DNA from: Nageia nagi
Taxonomy: Eukaryota > Plantae > Pinophyta
Length of the DNA stretch: 64,000 nucleotides
Reading direction: 5' to 3'
NCBI GenBank assembly: GCA_050084985.1
Contig: JBITNC010000001.1
Location: 158,782,001-158,846,000, forward strand
Below are positions 1-12,880 of the stretch, in pieces. How positions within the stretch are numbered: position 1 is the first letter of the stretch; each line of letters opens with the position of its first letter. The notes beneath the pieces were generated by a model. The model saw only the letters and a list, made by a program, of their open reading frames with translations, ran no database searches and was not told where the DNA came from. The position numbers and the translations under genes were made by a program.

Positions 1-260
1 TGCTTCTTGCAATGGGTATTGGTAAATTAATTGTAAAGTTGATGCTTTTCAATGACTATATTTAACCATGATCCTAACATTCTTCTTTAGGATGTAGCCA
101 CATGGTGAATATCGTTACATTTATGTTGTTTGATGCTCTTTGGTGTGCTTGTTTCATTTGGTTTCATATTTGCACTATTTTATTTCAAGTGTTGAAGATT
201 AAATTTTAATTTATAACACTTATTCACCCCTACCTCTTAGTTGTCATTATGGGATTAACA
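1..260 (+). mobile_element. 3' end of an LTR, probably Ty1/copia
   Basis: TATTCACCCCTACCTCT resembles the ATTCACCCCCCTCT motif near copia LTR ends, and is followed by a ...TAACA terminus at 260. No partner LTR in the window. Confidence 0.3.
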
Positions 261-406
261 TGAATTATATATCCTTAAATCTTTGTATTCCATGAAATTA
301 TTTTTGTATTATGTTGTATCAAATAATTCTTGATCTTGTGTATTCTTTTACATTATGCTACATGGCTATTAGAGAAATCATAACCATAACATTTAATGTA
401 AAAATA

Positions 407-3400
407 TGTAATGTACCTCCTATTTTTGATATCATTTTTCACTATTCCCAAAATCATAAACCCTAAAATTTAGACCTATTTTTTTAGTTTAAACATTTGA
501 ATGGTCTAGGAATGGGAAGGCAATCCATATGAGCATATCAATGTTGCTAGCTAGTCAACACCCACATGGTAAGATTAGTCAAATATGAATTAGTCAATCC
601 TTATCATAATCCTTCTGGTGTTCACTTCTCAACACTCATCTTGTTGTAATACACCACATAAGTGACCCCACCATTTTTTTTCAAGGAACTATGCAATATA
701 TTTTGGTCACTATGTAGTGGTTTCCTACTTGGGACCTGTATCACTGCAGAATGCTTTTCTATTAGTTATTCATCTTGTTGATTAACCCTTAATTCATAGT
801 AGCATATAATTATCTTAAGTAATCTCCCAAATGAAACATGTGAGCATCATATCCCTAAGGAATAGTCATCATACTCCTATTTTATACTACAAGTAGTATG
901 ACTAATAATTACTCTCATCCGATAACCATAGTTTTATCAACTGCTACTCTCATCTGGCAAACCTATCGAGGGTATGAGACACTAGCCTACCATATCTATC
1001 GATTAGGCTTAGCATGGATTTCAACATCCACATCCCATATCTTAGGAGCCATGGGTTTTGTAATAATACCCTCAAATGGATCATATAGTCTAGTAAGTTT
1101 TAAACAAGGTTATAGAAATAAGTTACCCCATATTCCATCGATCCTAGAAATAATTGATCTTGGATCAATTATTAGGGTGTCTAGGTTTCATGCTTGTTTT
1201 AAACATTAAGATGTTACCTTAATCTAAAATTCATAGTAAATAAACATCTTTCATGATCAAGTAATAAATTCATCAATGTATGCAAGCAATATGCAAGAAG
1301 CTTCAAATCAAACTTATTTAGGAAGTCACTAGTAATATTCAAAAGTACTATAATTATACCATATGCATGGTGCAGTGCATGAAGTACTACTTCATAAGAA
1401 CTTCAAATACCAAAACTAATAACAAGCCTTGATTAACACTAAATTCAACTACTTCTATCAAGGATGTGCAGTGTGGACTAATCCATAGTCAAGTAATATT
1501 ATTTTTGTATTTTGTTTAACGAGTTATCCTAACAAGAGTTTTTGACTAATGAACTTTCTATATATTTTTCCTCATCATACGAGACAACCCATAAGTTCCA
1601 TCCTTATAGGCTTAGATCAATGATAAGTTTGAGATTTACTTTATTCCTCTGAAGTTCATCACCTAATTTAGGTTATCTTTAGGGATCAATCTTGAACTTC
1701 ATTCCCAGAACCAAGTATCATACTTAAGATAATTATTACATATATAAAGATTCTTTTAACATAGGAACCTTGGTATATTTCTATTCAATGACCTAAAGCA
1801 ATTGTTGTAAGAATAGGTTTGACTCAATATTTATTCTAGCCATAAATAAATTTTCTTCCTTCAATGTATGTACCACTTACTATGTGTTAATAACTTTTAT
1901 TTATTATCTATATTATATGTTATAATATACATTTGATTTAATACAAGTTAGATCTAGATACACTAAATTACCTGCTTTGACCTATTGACAAAGGATAAAG
2001 GTTTGATAATGTCTTTCCATATTTTTTCAATTATAAAGTGTTGAATTAACTTGTCTCATCAAATGATTATATTCATATCAGGGACCCCTTCCCTTTATTG
2101 AATCCATTTTCATGATATCACTTACATGATGGGGGTTATACATGGCATCCTTAGCTTATGATTACTTAAAGACATTGATTCATTATTACACCCATGACCA
2201 TTGTGTTATTTTTACACTAGGTAGATATTTGTTTTTATAGTTCCAAGGGTGTATTAATACTTGTTTGCACAATCATATACAAAAGTCATATGTGAATATT
2301 TTTGGGTTGAAGTACACCAAATATCATTTAAATACTTTAAACAACATCCCATAGAGTGAATCATATCAAATACATTGTATTATTACCAATAGGTTTACAT
2401 GTGAACCATGGCTATCTTTGAAGTTGATAGCTCCATCTCAAATTATGATGTTACCTTGAAACATAGGAAAATCCCTAATTTATACATCAAGGAATATAAG
2501 CATTTGATTACATGTATATTCCCTTACACATAACATAAGGAATTTTCTTCACACCATTATAGAGGTATTTGATGAAATTCATGAAATCTTTGTCCTTTGG
2601 GAAGTAGATCCTTGCCATATTCATTCTTGATGCTCCTCTAATGGTCCAAGGTTCATTGGTTTTAGGTACTAAGAAAGGCTTTAGAGTAATTGGGTATCAA
2701 GATAGCCCCCCCTTTTTTTTTTTTTTGAACACAATGCATATGATTTCAAATTACATGATATTTCATTCCATTGATTTAAATACCCTCTTTTTGGACATTA
2801 GGAGGTTTTATGTTCTCTCTAGAACTACCTCCCTTCCTTTATCATAGGGTAAAATTTTATGATCTAGTCATTACACATGAATCTCACTCTAAATAATGTT
2901 AAGAACACATCATCATCATACTATAAGATTCATCATTAATTATGTCATAGTACATCCTTAAATATTGATTTCTTTACCATCATTATGGTTCAATTACATT
3001 CTAATAGTGTATGAAAATACTATCCATTCCAACTAAATGATGTTCCATCACATTTTTATTTAGGTCAGAGCTTCTAATTTCATTAGTCTTTGAAAACCTT
3101 CCTACACCAATATAAATTTATTGAAATCATTCCAAACAAATTTTATAATCATAAATGATTTCATGTAACATAAATTTAAGCTATTATGCTTTGTATTGGA
3201 TGTAGGATTTATTTTTTCATTACCAAATGAATTTGACTACATCAATTAATACCTCCACGATCTTGGCATTTAAAGTTGACTCTTTTTGGTGAAATACCTC
3301 ACTACACATAAAAAGCAATTAGAATATGTCAAGGTTCTATATAGTGTTGATAAAACCTTACCAATGTGTAGGCTTACACCATAGTGAATGGTTTGTGAGA

Positions 3401-5519
3401 GCATTTCAATAAAAGTGTAGTCTCATATTGTAAGAATCAATGAGTAGTTCGCCATGACACCTCCCAAGCATAGAGTATGGCCATACTAATTATGTTAAGG
3501 GGATTAGTACAATTTATTGGTAAGTGACTTCATGTACAGCACATTATGTTTAAGAGAAATACCTTAGAGTGGGTTGTAAACTATTCAAATGAAGGTCTCT
3601 TCAAAAAATAGACTCACAATGTGCAACAATCACCATATATATATATAACAAATGGAACGTTGGGGTTCTTGTGATAGATATCTTGAGAGATGTATCCCTA
3701 TATCAGGAGCTGATATTGGATCAAGTACAAAAGAGATTGACTATTCCATCACTTGCGAACTCATGGAGTGTTATGATTACCCAATATGCGAAGCATAGGG
3801 GCGGTGGATGCCTCCACTCAAGTAACCTATCCATGGATTAAGATGATCATAGGAAATACAAAAAAATGGATGCATGAAAAAGGTTTGTGAGGTATTACAT
3901 CTATCCCATTGCTATTTTATTTCATGGATGAAATGAGTGGTAACTAGACTTAGGATGAGCGCTCCATACCGATATATATTTTAACTAAGCAAAATACTTT
4001 ATTTCAGCTCCATACCATGAGCACAATGTGTTGAGAATATGCATGGGGAAAGTATATTATCTAACTATTCACAATATCTCCTTGCGATGCCATCTCATGG
4101 ACTCAAAATGCACACATAGGGGTTTTGTTACGAGGGCCTATGAGTGAGGTGAAAAGATAATGGAAGATTCATGATCTCATAAACATAGACTCCCCATGGC
4201 CTTTCATGGTGTAGGACATTCAATGAATAGTCTTTTCTAATAATACAATTAATTGATATGCCACATAAAAATTGGTACCCAATACTTCCCAACCAAGCAA
4301 ATTTATTTTACATAATAAACTTTACCCCTCTTTAACTATAAAGGGATAAGGAGTACAAAACCTTCACATGTAAGAATATCAAATAAAATAAATGATGTCT
4401 TTTCTAGATACAACAAGTGTAAGACTATTACCAATAATTATTTTCAATAATATGTTCATAATCTTTTATCAAGCATATCTTTATTCAAAACATACTAAAA
4501 TAACACCTAATACATTCATAACTTATTTAGGAATTTTAACATTAATATCTAAAATGCAAGGGAGAGCACTTGGGCTTGAGAGGAGAGGATTCCTTTATCT
4601 ATAGGACTCTAGGAAAAGGAGAAAAAAATAATAATATATGATGATTCCCCCCTTTCCTAAGGGTTCCCCAAGTATTTATAGCTATAGATTGCTATAATAT
4701 TTTGAAAAATGTGTTTAGTTATCAAACTCAACAATTTTTGTTTGGATGGTGTAGGTATTTTTTTTTTGTGGTAGGTCTTAAATAATGTTTTTGGCAAGTG
4801 TGGTGTCATACAAAATAATTTGGACCCTTTATATTAGGTTAAAAAATATCCCCAATTATTTTATGCACCTAATGTAAGAAAACACTTTGTGTGGGGATCC
4901 CATCTCCATTATTTTCATAAAATCCCAAAATACCCTTGTAACCTCCACAACATGATAAATAATCCTTCTAACTATAAATTTTAATTTCACCCAGTTTTAC
5001 TAAAATCCTTAGGTGAAAAATTTAATTCAAATGCATATAATATTCCTTTCCTCATTTGAAAATAGTCAATAAATTTCAAAGAATGAACATCAAACTTTTA
5101 GCACTCATTTTTACCTATGGTGACCCCTTCATCCTGCAAGGTAAATTTATTAGTGCAAACACACACACATACAATATCAAAATCAAATATTATACATAAT
5201 AATTATGGTATGCATCTATATGATCTACAAAAGTCATTAGGACTTGCCAGTGAATCAAAACCAATAATTTCCTCACTCTTACCAATTCATTCCCATAACC
5301 AACTCACCCTTGGTCCCTTGGTTCTTTAACTTGACTTCACATATCGAGTCAACTTGTAACATGTGTCATAAAATCTCAAACCTAACATCAAATTGACATA
5401 AATAATGCATATATATACACACTCAAAATTACTATTCTCACAACTTAGATAATCTTAGTCACATTCAAATCCTTAATGGTATTCGAGTCTTAATAAAGGC
5501 AATTGGGTGGGTCATTACA
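407..5519 (-). mobile_element. Highly degenerate LTR-retrotransposon insertion, gypsy-like
   Basis: Termini TGTAATG (407) and CATTACA (5519) are inverted repeats flanked by AAATA on both sides (402-406, 5520-5524). Weak, stop-riddled pol-like remnants on the minus strand at ~1500-3300. Confidence 0.5.
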
Positions 5520-5999
5520 AAATATCTTCAAATAATATTTAATGTCCATTTATATACCTTCTTCATAAAATCCCATGGTGGTACATATTGGAAGAATATT
5601 AATAAAGGTTATAGATTTAATCTTTACACCTAATAATTACATATGCTTAGAAGTCTCTAGAGTCTTTTCAAGAAACTTATTTTGTGCATATCTTGCAATC
5701 ATTATAATGGATGGAAGTTTATTTGCATCACATGGTTGTAAGGTTTAAGAAAATTCAAAGGTGTATAATCATGAATCCTTCCTGTTCACATGAATCCTTC
5801 ACATTTGCGCCCTTTGTATTTATTTTTTGAGTTTTTAAGTGCAATTTTTCTTCTAAATGATCATTTTACAATTTTTATAGTGCAGTTATAAATCTTTCAA
5901 CAAAATTATCATCTTATGGGTTTTTAAAGGCAATTTTCAACTAGTATAAAAGAACCATCATGAATTAGCTACCATTAAAATCCAATTTTGGTTTAGTTT

Positions 6000-6420
6000 T
6001 TATAGATGACAAAATGGGTTATCTTTATATCACCAAATATTTAGTATAATATCATGAATGATGAGGATCTTCCACTTACTCTCACACCTTACTTGATCTA
6101 AGTTTTAATTAGTTAGCTTTCAATGCCTTGGTTCAATGTCCAAGGGTTATAATAGAGACTTTATTATTTTTATTGCTTCCTAACCCATGAGATTAGTATG
6201 ACTCTATATTGGGGTTTGATTAAGCCACCCATACCTTTTTTTTTTACAAGGTGTTTATATTTTATTAATATAGTATCTTTTCATAAATAAAAAAATCATT
6301 AAAAAGAGCAAAGTCACTTGAGTTAAGTATTTGATTAAATAAAAGGTTTATATGTTATTTCAATTAAATAAAAGACCTATAATTTTTTGATAATAAGGTT
6401 AAATTATATTAAAAAAAATT
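6000..6420 (+). mobile_element. 3' tail of LINE family X (IQD-associated LINE)
   Basis: Aligns by eye to 61020-61390 and 30350-30458 (ATCATG.ATGATGAGGA...TTGATCTAAGTTTTA.TTAGTT...GCCACCCA.ACC). Ends in an A-run near 6410. Confidence 0.55.
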
Positions 6421-6629
6421 ATGGGCTTTATCAAGATCCCTAAACCTATGATATATAGTCCTTCACAAATGAAACAAATATAGAACTATAGTGTTGCATA
6501 GCTATAACATGAAATCATCCAAAATGTAGCTCCTAATCTATCTATCATAGCTAAACATAATTTAAATACATATCATAATCAAGATTAACATAACATAGTT
6601 ATTAAGACTAACCCAACAATATAGATAAA

Positions 6630-9600
6630 ATATAATGATTACAAAAATAGACATCCATCAAGAACATACAAAAAATCATCATTCATTCTTCCTCGATAGA
6701 CCTCCAACATATTCAACCAAATAAGAAGTACAAGCCTTGGTCTTTCCCCTCTTTAGAGTATTCTTGCTTCTCTTGTCAATTTGTCCAAGGTCATTGCCCA
6801 TTGTTTTTTAGGTCAAACTAATGGGTTTAGGTCATCTTCAACATTGTCCTCTTAGTCAATGTTAAGGTGCAGTATCTCTTCCTTGATCCAAGTTAATATT
6901 TCAATCTTTTGAAAAATAATAGCTATTATTAAATCAAAAAAACCTAAGGTACCTTACTTAAAATTTCATCCTTGGTACCCATAGTGGAGGGAAATCAAGC
7001 TTCAAATTTTCATCCTTTGGATTCCCATCATCTTTAGCCTCGAGAGCTCCATCCTCCGTTTCTTACTTTTGTTCATTATCTTCATCCATCTAACATTAAC
7101 TAGAGGATAATTCCTCCCTTTCTTGGATTCTATTGGAGGGTTTACCCTTCCTTCATCATTATCAATATCGATTGATTTCTCTATATCTAGATTTCCCCTT
7201 TTTGGAGGGGATTACTACAAGAATAAAGCTTCTATTTTTTGGCTTGAGGAGTGGGCACCTTGTGGGGAATACCTTTTGGGCTAGATCACTTCTTCTTATA
7301 TCCTTTTTTTAAAAATATTGATCCCTTTACCTTTTGCTTAATGGTAACCCTCTTAGCTAACCTCTAAGCTTAACTTTCAATGGTATTTTTATCCTTCATA
7401 CCTTGCATAGATTATGTTTGTTATTTTTCAATAAGAACCTTAGCCTTCTAGGTGGAGGAAGGCCTAACTCTATTTCAATAAGTCTTGAATGCAAAACCCT
7501 CCTTGAATTTCTTAACATAAGTTTGTAGGGAGTCTACCAATAAAAATATAAATTTTTTATCTTCCATTCACCTCCCTATTAAAAGGGATTCAATAGCATG
7601 TGGTGAGGCCCAAAGATTACAACAAAATGATTTTTCAAGGAGAAGTATCTGATGATCCAATAGGCCATTTAGTACCATTTCCCAACCAAGATTTCACTTA
7701 CGAATCCCATATGGCCCTTCTCTAATTGTTATCCCTCACCCATGAAAGCATAAAACTTCTTATGCATCACCTTTTCAATAGGAGAAAACCACCTATCCTT
7801 TAAATTGAGCTTGATGGCCTCCATAATTGCATGCATGTTGAAATTGAACTTAATGGATTCTGCTTGGGCTTGATCATCTATCCAACCCTCCAAAACTCTC
7901 TTCGATATGACTACATCATAACTGCAATGTAGCTTCAAAAAATCAAAGGCACCACCATTATCCAATAATTTCTCATAGTTTGCATCTTCCATGGATTCCA
8001 TATAGTTATTTGGCTCTATCATACATGTAAAACCCATCTCTTGATACTTCCATAAATTACATTTCACCTTCAAAAACTTATAATTTATGTTAAAACTTTT
8101 CATAAAACTACATTTGAGATTAACACCTTACATTAATATCCTTTTCAATTTAATTTCCTCCTTCCTTGAAGTTATATCATGGATATTAGTGATTAGGAAA
8201 GTGTGGTAACCTGATTTAAATTCAAAAATACTTGTGTCACCTTATTCCCTAATGACATTTTCCCCTTGCTTGATCATCTTGAAAAATATCATGGGGCATC
8301 CTCCCTACTGACATGTTAGGAAGGGCCTTTAAGCATAGTCTTTTTAAAACTATTAAAATATACATATCTTTCATGGGGTCCACTTTTCAAAAACCATCAC
8401 ATTTTCCTTAAAAAAAGCTCTCACAATCATCCTTAGGATTTCAGCAACTAATCAGCTCAAATTTTTGAATATTCAAAAATTTCTCTATATCCAAAAATTT
8501 CAACAAACATGAGGAGAAAGCATATGCTAGGTCATTTTTATTTTTTTTATCCAAATTCTAAATCCCATTACTATGATATCAACCACAGAATTAGGCATAA
8601 TAGTTTGAATTTCTATCCTTCATGTAATTTCATCCCAAATTGCCCTAACAAAGTTGTAATAGATAAGTAGGTGATTCATCAACTCCTAAGCTTTATATAT
8701 AACACACCAATTTTGAAATATCATCCTACTTATTTTGAATTATCATTGGTATGAATTATATTTAGAATATAAACCCATGTAAAATATGAAATTTTAGGAA
8801 TTAGATTTTTAGTCCAAAATTTGGCCCATATCTCACTTGATCTTCCTTTTCATTCTTATTCAACCAATCATAACAATTTTATCGCATGATTATTATTAGC
8901 TTCATTTCTAATTAATCAAAAAATGGTATCAATATTATTAGTGAGAAAATCATATAACATTCCAATTTTTTTAGAAGAACATACAACTTGGCTTCATTTT
9001 AGGGTGAGGAGCCTCAGGGCTACTCCAAGAGACCTTATTACCTTCCCTCTTAATATAATTATACACTTTCCTACCAAAAATAGATTTAGTCCAAATCATA
9101 TAAAGTTGCCAATCATTTTTTTGAGCTAGAGGGATTCTATCAATTTTGGGATCATCCCAAAAAGTACCTTACTACCATTACTAACATCCCATTTAGATTT
9201 TTCTCTAATGGAGTCTCTAACTTCTAGTATTCCATTCCTTAAAACATAGTCATTTGGAGGATTGAGAACCCCAATGAAGATATTATCCCCCTATAAGTAT
9301 TTGTGTCTATATGTATTAATCCATTCTTTATCTCTTCACTTTGTAATTTACCAACCTAACTTAATTCTCATAGCTTGATTAACCCACTAGATTTGCCTAG
9401 TTTCCAAACCTCCTTCCTTGTTTTTGCATACTTTATTACAAGCCACAAGAGTTAGTCTTTTCTTTTCTTCCACACCAATCCATATGAGATGCCTACAAAT
9501 TCCATTAATTTTGTATGCCACTAGAGAAAGAATTTTAAAGATGTTTTCCATGTAAATAGGAATACTCTAGAGAGTAGATTTTACTCTAGAGAGTAGATTT

Positions 9601-9690
9601 TACAAGCTAAAGTCTTTCTACCAAACTCAAAAATTACGCTTAGGTTGTTGGAGAATCTCCTATCCACCTTTCCTACCACCATCAAAGCCC
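6630..9690 (-). mobile_element. L1-type LINE fragment: post-RT region of ORF2 plus a decayed downstream ORF
   Basis: Minus strand 9350-9600 reads VKSTL*SIPIYMENIFKILSLVAYKINGICRHLIWIGVEEKKRLTLVACNKVCKNKEGGLETRQI*WVNQAMRIKLGW, typical plant L1 ORF2 C-terminal to RT. ORF remnant at 7729-8103. 19-bp tandem duplication at 9563-9600. Confidence 0.7.
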
Positions 9691-9724
9691 CCTCCAAAGG
9701 ATATTTAAAAGCAAATTAGATGTT

Positions 9725-10726
9725 GTAATGGTGAATACATTAGTATATGTATACACAAATTATGAAACATATAGAATGCATGCAAGTTATTTGATAAAAT
9801 ACATGTGTTAGTTAAGCCTCATGATGCATAGTGATAACAAAATATGGATAACATGAGAGACTTTTAGGTAGGTACAATTTTCAAGAGTAAAGCCCAAAAC
9901 CATAACCTTTATTTTATCCTTCTAGTGTGTGCTATGATGAGAATTATAGAAGGTGATGAAATCTCTTAAAGAATGATTGCAAATAGTCATGCAAATAGCA
10001 TAACATGTTTAGGTGTTCTACTTGCAAATAACCAATCAGAACTAGGAGATGGGGGATGTAGTGACTCTTATTTTAATTAATCTTGGGTAGATTATTATAC
10101 ATGTATTATTGATCACCTTTCACTATGTAGACATACCAAATTGAGTGCACAACAATGTCTTCTTAGTACGTGTACACCACTTATGAATGTAGGATCGAGG
10201 ATTACGTGGCAACAATTATTTTTTTTGGAGACTAAATATACTCCATCATATGTTGTCCTTTCAAATATTTATGCTAAAGTGCGTAGCAAGGATTATGTTA
10301 TGAGTAAGGACATTAATGAAATATAGAGGAAATAAGAAGACTCTTAGATGTATTTTGATTGAAGTTGACAAAGTATTCATGCTTTTATTATAAAAAATAA
10401 ATTGAACACATGAGATCTATGGTGATTTGAAGAAACTATTGAGTAAGGTGAAGGTAGTAGATTATATTTCCAAATACAATACCTACATTTAATGATATGG
10501 AAGCTAAAGATAAAGAATTGCTTAGAAAAGTTGGTAATTGCATCCAAGTTATTAAAGACCCATTAGAAATGTTACTAAGATTGTGAATAACCTTCGACTA
10601 TGCGATGACTATAGTTCTACAACCAAGTTTGTCCCTAAGGATGTTGCAAGGAACATTGCTATGGGGGATATGAATTGATTTCTTCATTTCAAACATGAAG
10701 AATTTTCTTATGGGGATTAATGGTGA
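9725..10726 (+). pseudogene. PLS-class PPR-E-DYW pseudogene, C-terminal part
   Basis: ACKLFDKIH (PPR motif), SYVVLSNIYAK (E domain) and IVNNLRLCDDYSSTTKFVPKDVARNIAMGDMN*FLHFKHEEFSYGD*W* (decayed DYW end). Many stops and frameshifts. Confidence 0.85.
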
Positions 10727-11699
10727 TGAAAATTAATGTGAATTGATTTCATCATTTCATTTTTCAAAAAAAGTGTTGTTATTAAATATTTGTACAAATA
10801 TACAATGTTATTGATTATCGATGTCAATATATAGGAATCATCTGCAATTGTAGAGTAAAGAGTTTGAGAAGGAAGCATGCAAATTGCAAAAATGAAAGGA
10901 AAAATATTTAATGTAAAAAAAGAACATTCAACAAATAATAAATTATTTTAGTGTGCTTACAAGTAATGAGGTACTTTGACATAAAGAGATTAGAACAACT
11001 ATGATGTGTACTTTACTCGAGGCTTTATTAGGATTAATGAAGGGAGTGAGCAATGCAAAAGTCTTGCATGCAATCCATGTTTGCTAATTTCAAACCATGA
11101 TTAATACTAATGTCAATCACTTTTTGGGCATTGGAACCTTAGAATGAGTCAAGTACAAGTTGGATGAGATTCCACATAACTTCTCTTAATAATTAATTTG
11201 TGGAACAGTGTGATTGATTCCACTTCTACATCAATAGTAAAATCAATGAGGCATAAAAAACACCCTTGCCAGTAGGGTACTCCTCTAGCCATCACCATCA
11301 ACATATTAATCATTGTGTAACACTACTTCTATATCGACTATTTAACTTTCCTCTCACTATTGCTAATCTCAACTCCCATCTCTCCTTTCATTTGCTTGTT
11401 AAATTGCCTACAAAACATTAGAATACTACTATTAGGGGTACCTCATTCTCTCAAAGTTTTCTTTTCTAGTTTCTATTTTCTTGTTTTTCAAGATATCTTA
11501 GAATCTACTATTGGTTGTGTGATTTTTAGAGATAAGTCATTGGACTACTGCTAGGTCACTCCACGGCTCCACAAAGCTAGTGGGTCTAGTGGAAGAGCAT
11601 CCTCTCGTGCTGCCTTGCCAAAAGGGTTTCTTCAAATGAAGAGGAGGAGGGGGAAATTGTTAACGATGAAGAGATCGAATCAGGGGAAAAGAAAATAAT

Positions 11700-11936
11700 G
11701 TTCAAGATAAAGATTTCAACTCGACCACTTCCAAAGTACTTAATTTTTGTTTTCCTGTTAGGAAATAATAAAATTTTTGAACGACTCATCGGAAACTTAT
11801 TTATTTATTTATTAAATACATATTATTTAAATATTTTGATTATGTTATCTCTTTTAATAAAAAAAATAACACTTAAAATCAAAGAGAACAAGTATTAATT
11901 TACGGCATACCCATTGCACAAGGTTGCAATAGCTAG
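11700..11936 (+). mobile_element. Probable Helitron 3' terminus
   Basis: Imperfect hairpin (ATTGCACAAGGTTGCAAT) followed by CTAG at 11933-11936, then T. Sequence after it matches the IQD 3' flank, where the paralogous empty site is A|T (~61597). 5' end not found. Confidence 0.45.
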
Positions 11937-12208
11937 TTAAAATGATTAGTAGTAGATAGAGATAGAAAAAGAATAAAAGAATATGATTACAATATTTTTC
12001 TACATGCGAATTTTGCTACATATTGAATTCCATATTCAATTCCCACCAACCATGACATACATTGTATATCCCATACAATTGTCCCATGGACTGCCCTTGA
12101 TCTCCTCTCGATATTAAAAAATACTCTTTCTTTCTTTTCTTTCCACCATCAAAATCAAGACTAAGCTTGCTTTTGATGGCTTTCAGACTCAAATTTATTC
12201 TCTCAGGT

Positions 12209-12604
12209 TCAACTGTTTTCTAGAGAGAAGACAGGAAATCAGGAGGCTTGTTTGAGGAGCTTTCGGGATCTGACCTGCTCTTGCCATTTGATGAAGCCTC
12301 CATGCACTGCAACCTCACAACAAACCCGCGGAACAATTGGATTCTCATGGCGGCACGCTGCTCTACACACCACACTTCATTTTCATAGGAGTGGCAATAT
12401 GTCACTGCGGTTTAAAACCACCACGGCGGCTTGGACGGCTACAGCTACTGCCTCTGTCACTGCGGCTGTTGCTTTGGCTGTCTCCTTTTCACCATCATTC
12501 TCTTCATCCTCTTCGCATATCTGAGGGGAATAATCCGACGAAGAATGGGACGACTTCATCATCCTCTTCACTTTCTGTTTAAGCCAATTTTCGGTCTTTC
12601 CCAT
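12209..12604 (-). pseudogene. IQD-a: IQ67-domain gene pseudogene
   Basis: MGKTENWLKQKVKR start and Ala-rich ATAAVTEAVAVAVQAA motif. Relative to IQD-c there is a 164-bp deletion (intron plus 23 codons, RIQ|LFRG), an 18-bp deletion and frameshifts near 12295 and 12405. Confidence 0.9.
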
Positions 12605-12880
12605 TCTTTCACAATGGAACTGTCATCTCACCAATAAACAAAGTTTCTTTGAAATCCAGACGTTAGCTTTTTGCGTGGAAATAAATCGAAGAAAAAGAGG
12701 GCGAGGTGCAGAGGTGGATGGCTGAAAAGCCTGCAAATGTGGTGAGGTATAGCTTTACTGATGCACCACAACTGCACTCTGCACGTCCAAAAGCGCACAC
12801 ATGGTGTCAGGAAAGACACTAAGATGTTGCTTCCACGTTGCCTGCAATTGACTGAAAATTTTGATTATTTAATTTAATAA
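12605..12880 (-). promoter_or_regulatory. Conserved 5'UTR/proximal promoter of the IQD copies
   Basis: Homologous to 17367-17660, 24231-24430 and 62338-62607. Block GCACCACAACTGCACTCTGCA.GTCCAAA is identical in a, c and d. ACGTGG on the minus strand at 12833-12838. Confidence 0.5.

Noticed and set aside
11280-11400. EF-hand-like 'CYTMI..VDGDG' on the minus strand, a possible calmodulin-like remnant beside IQD
   Set aside because: Needs a frameshift, the loop is incomplete and there is no second EF-hand.
12209-12604. IQD-a as a processed retrogene
   Set aside because: The deletion removes coding sequence on both sides of the intron, and promoter and flanks are retained.
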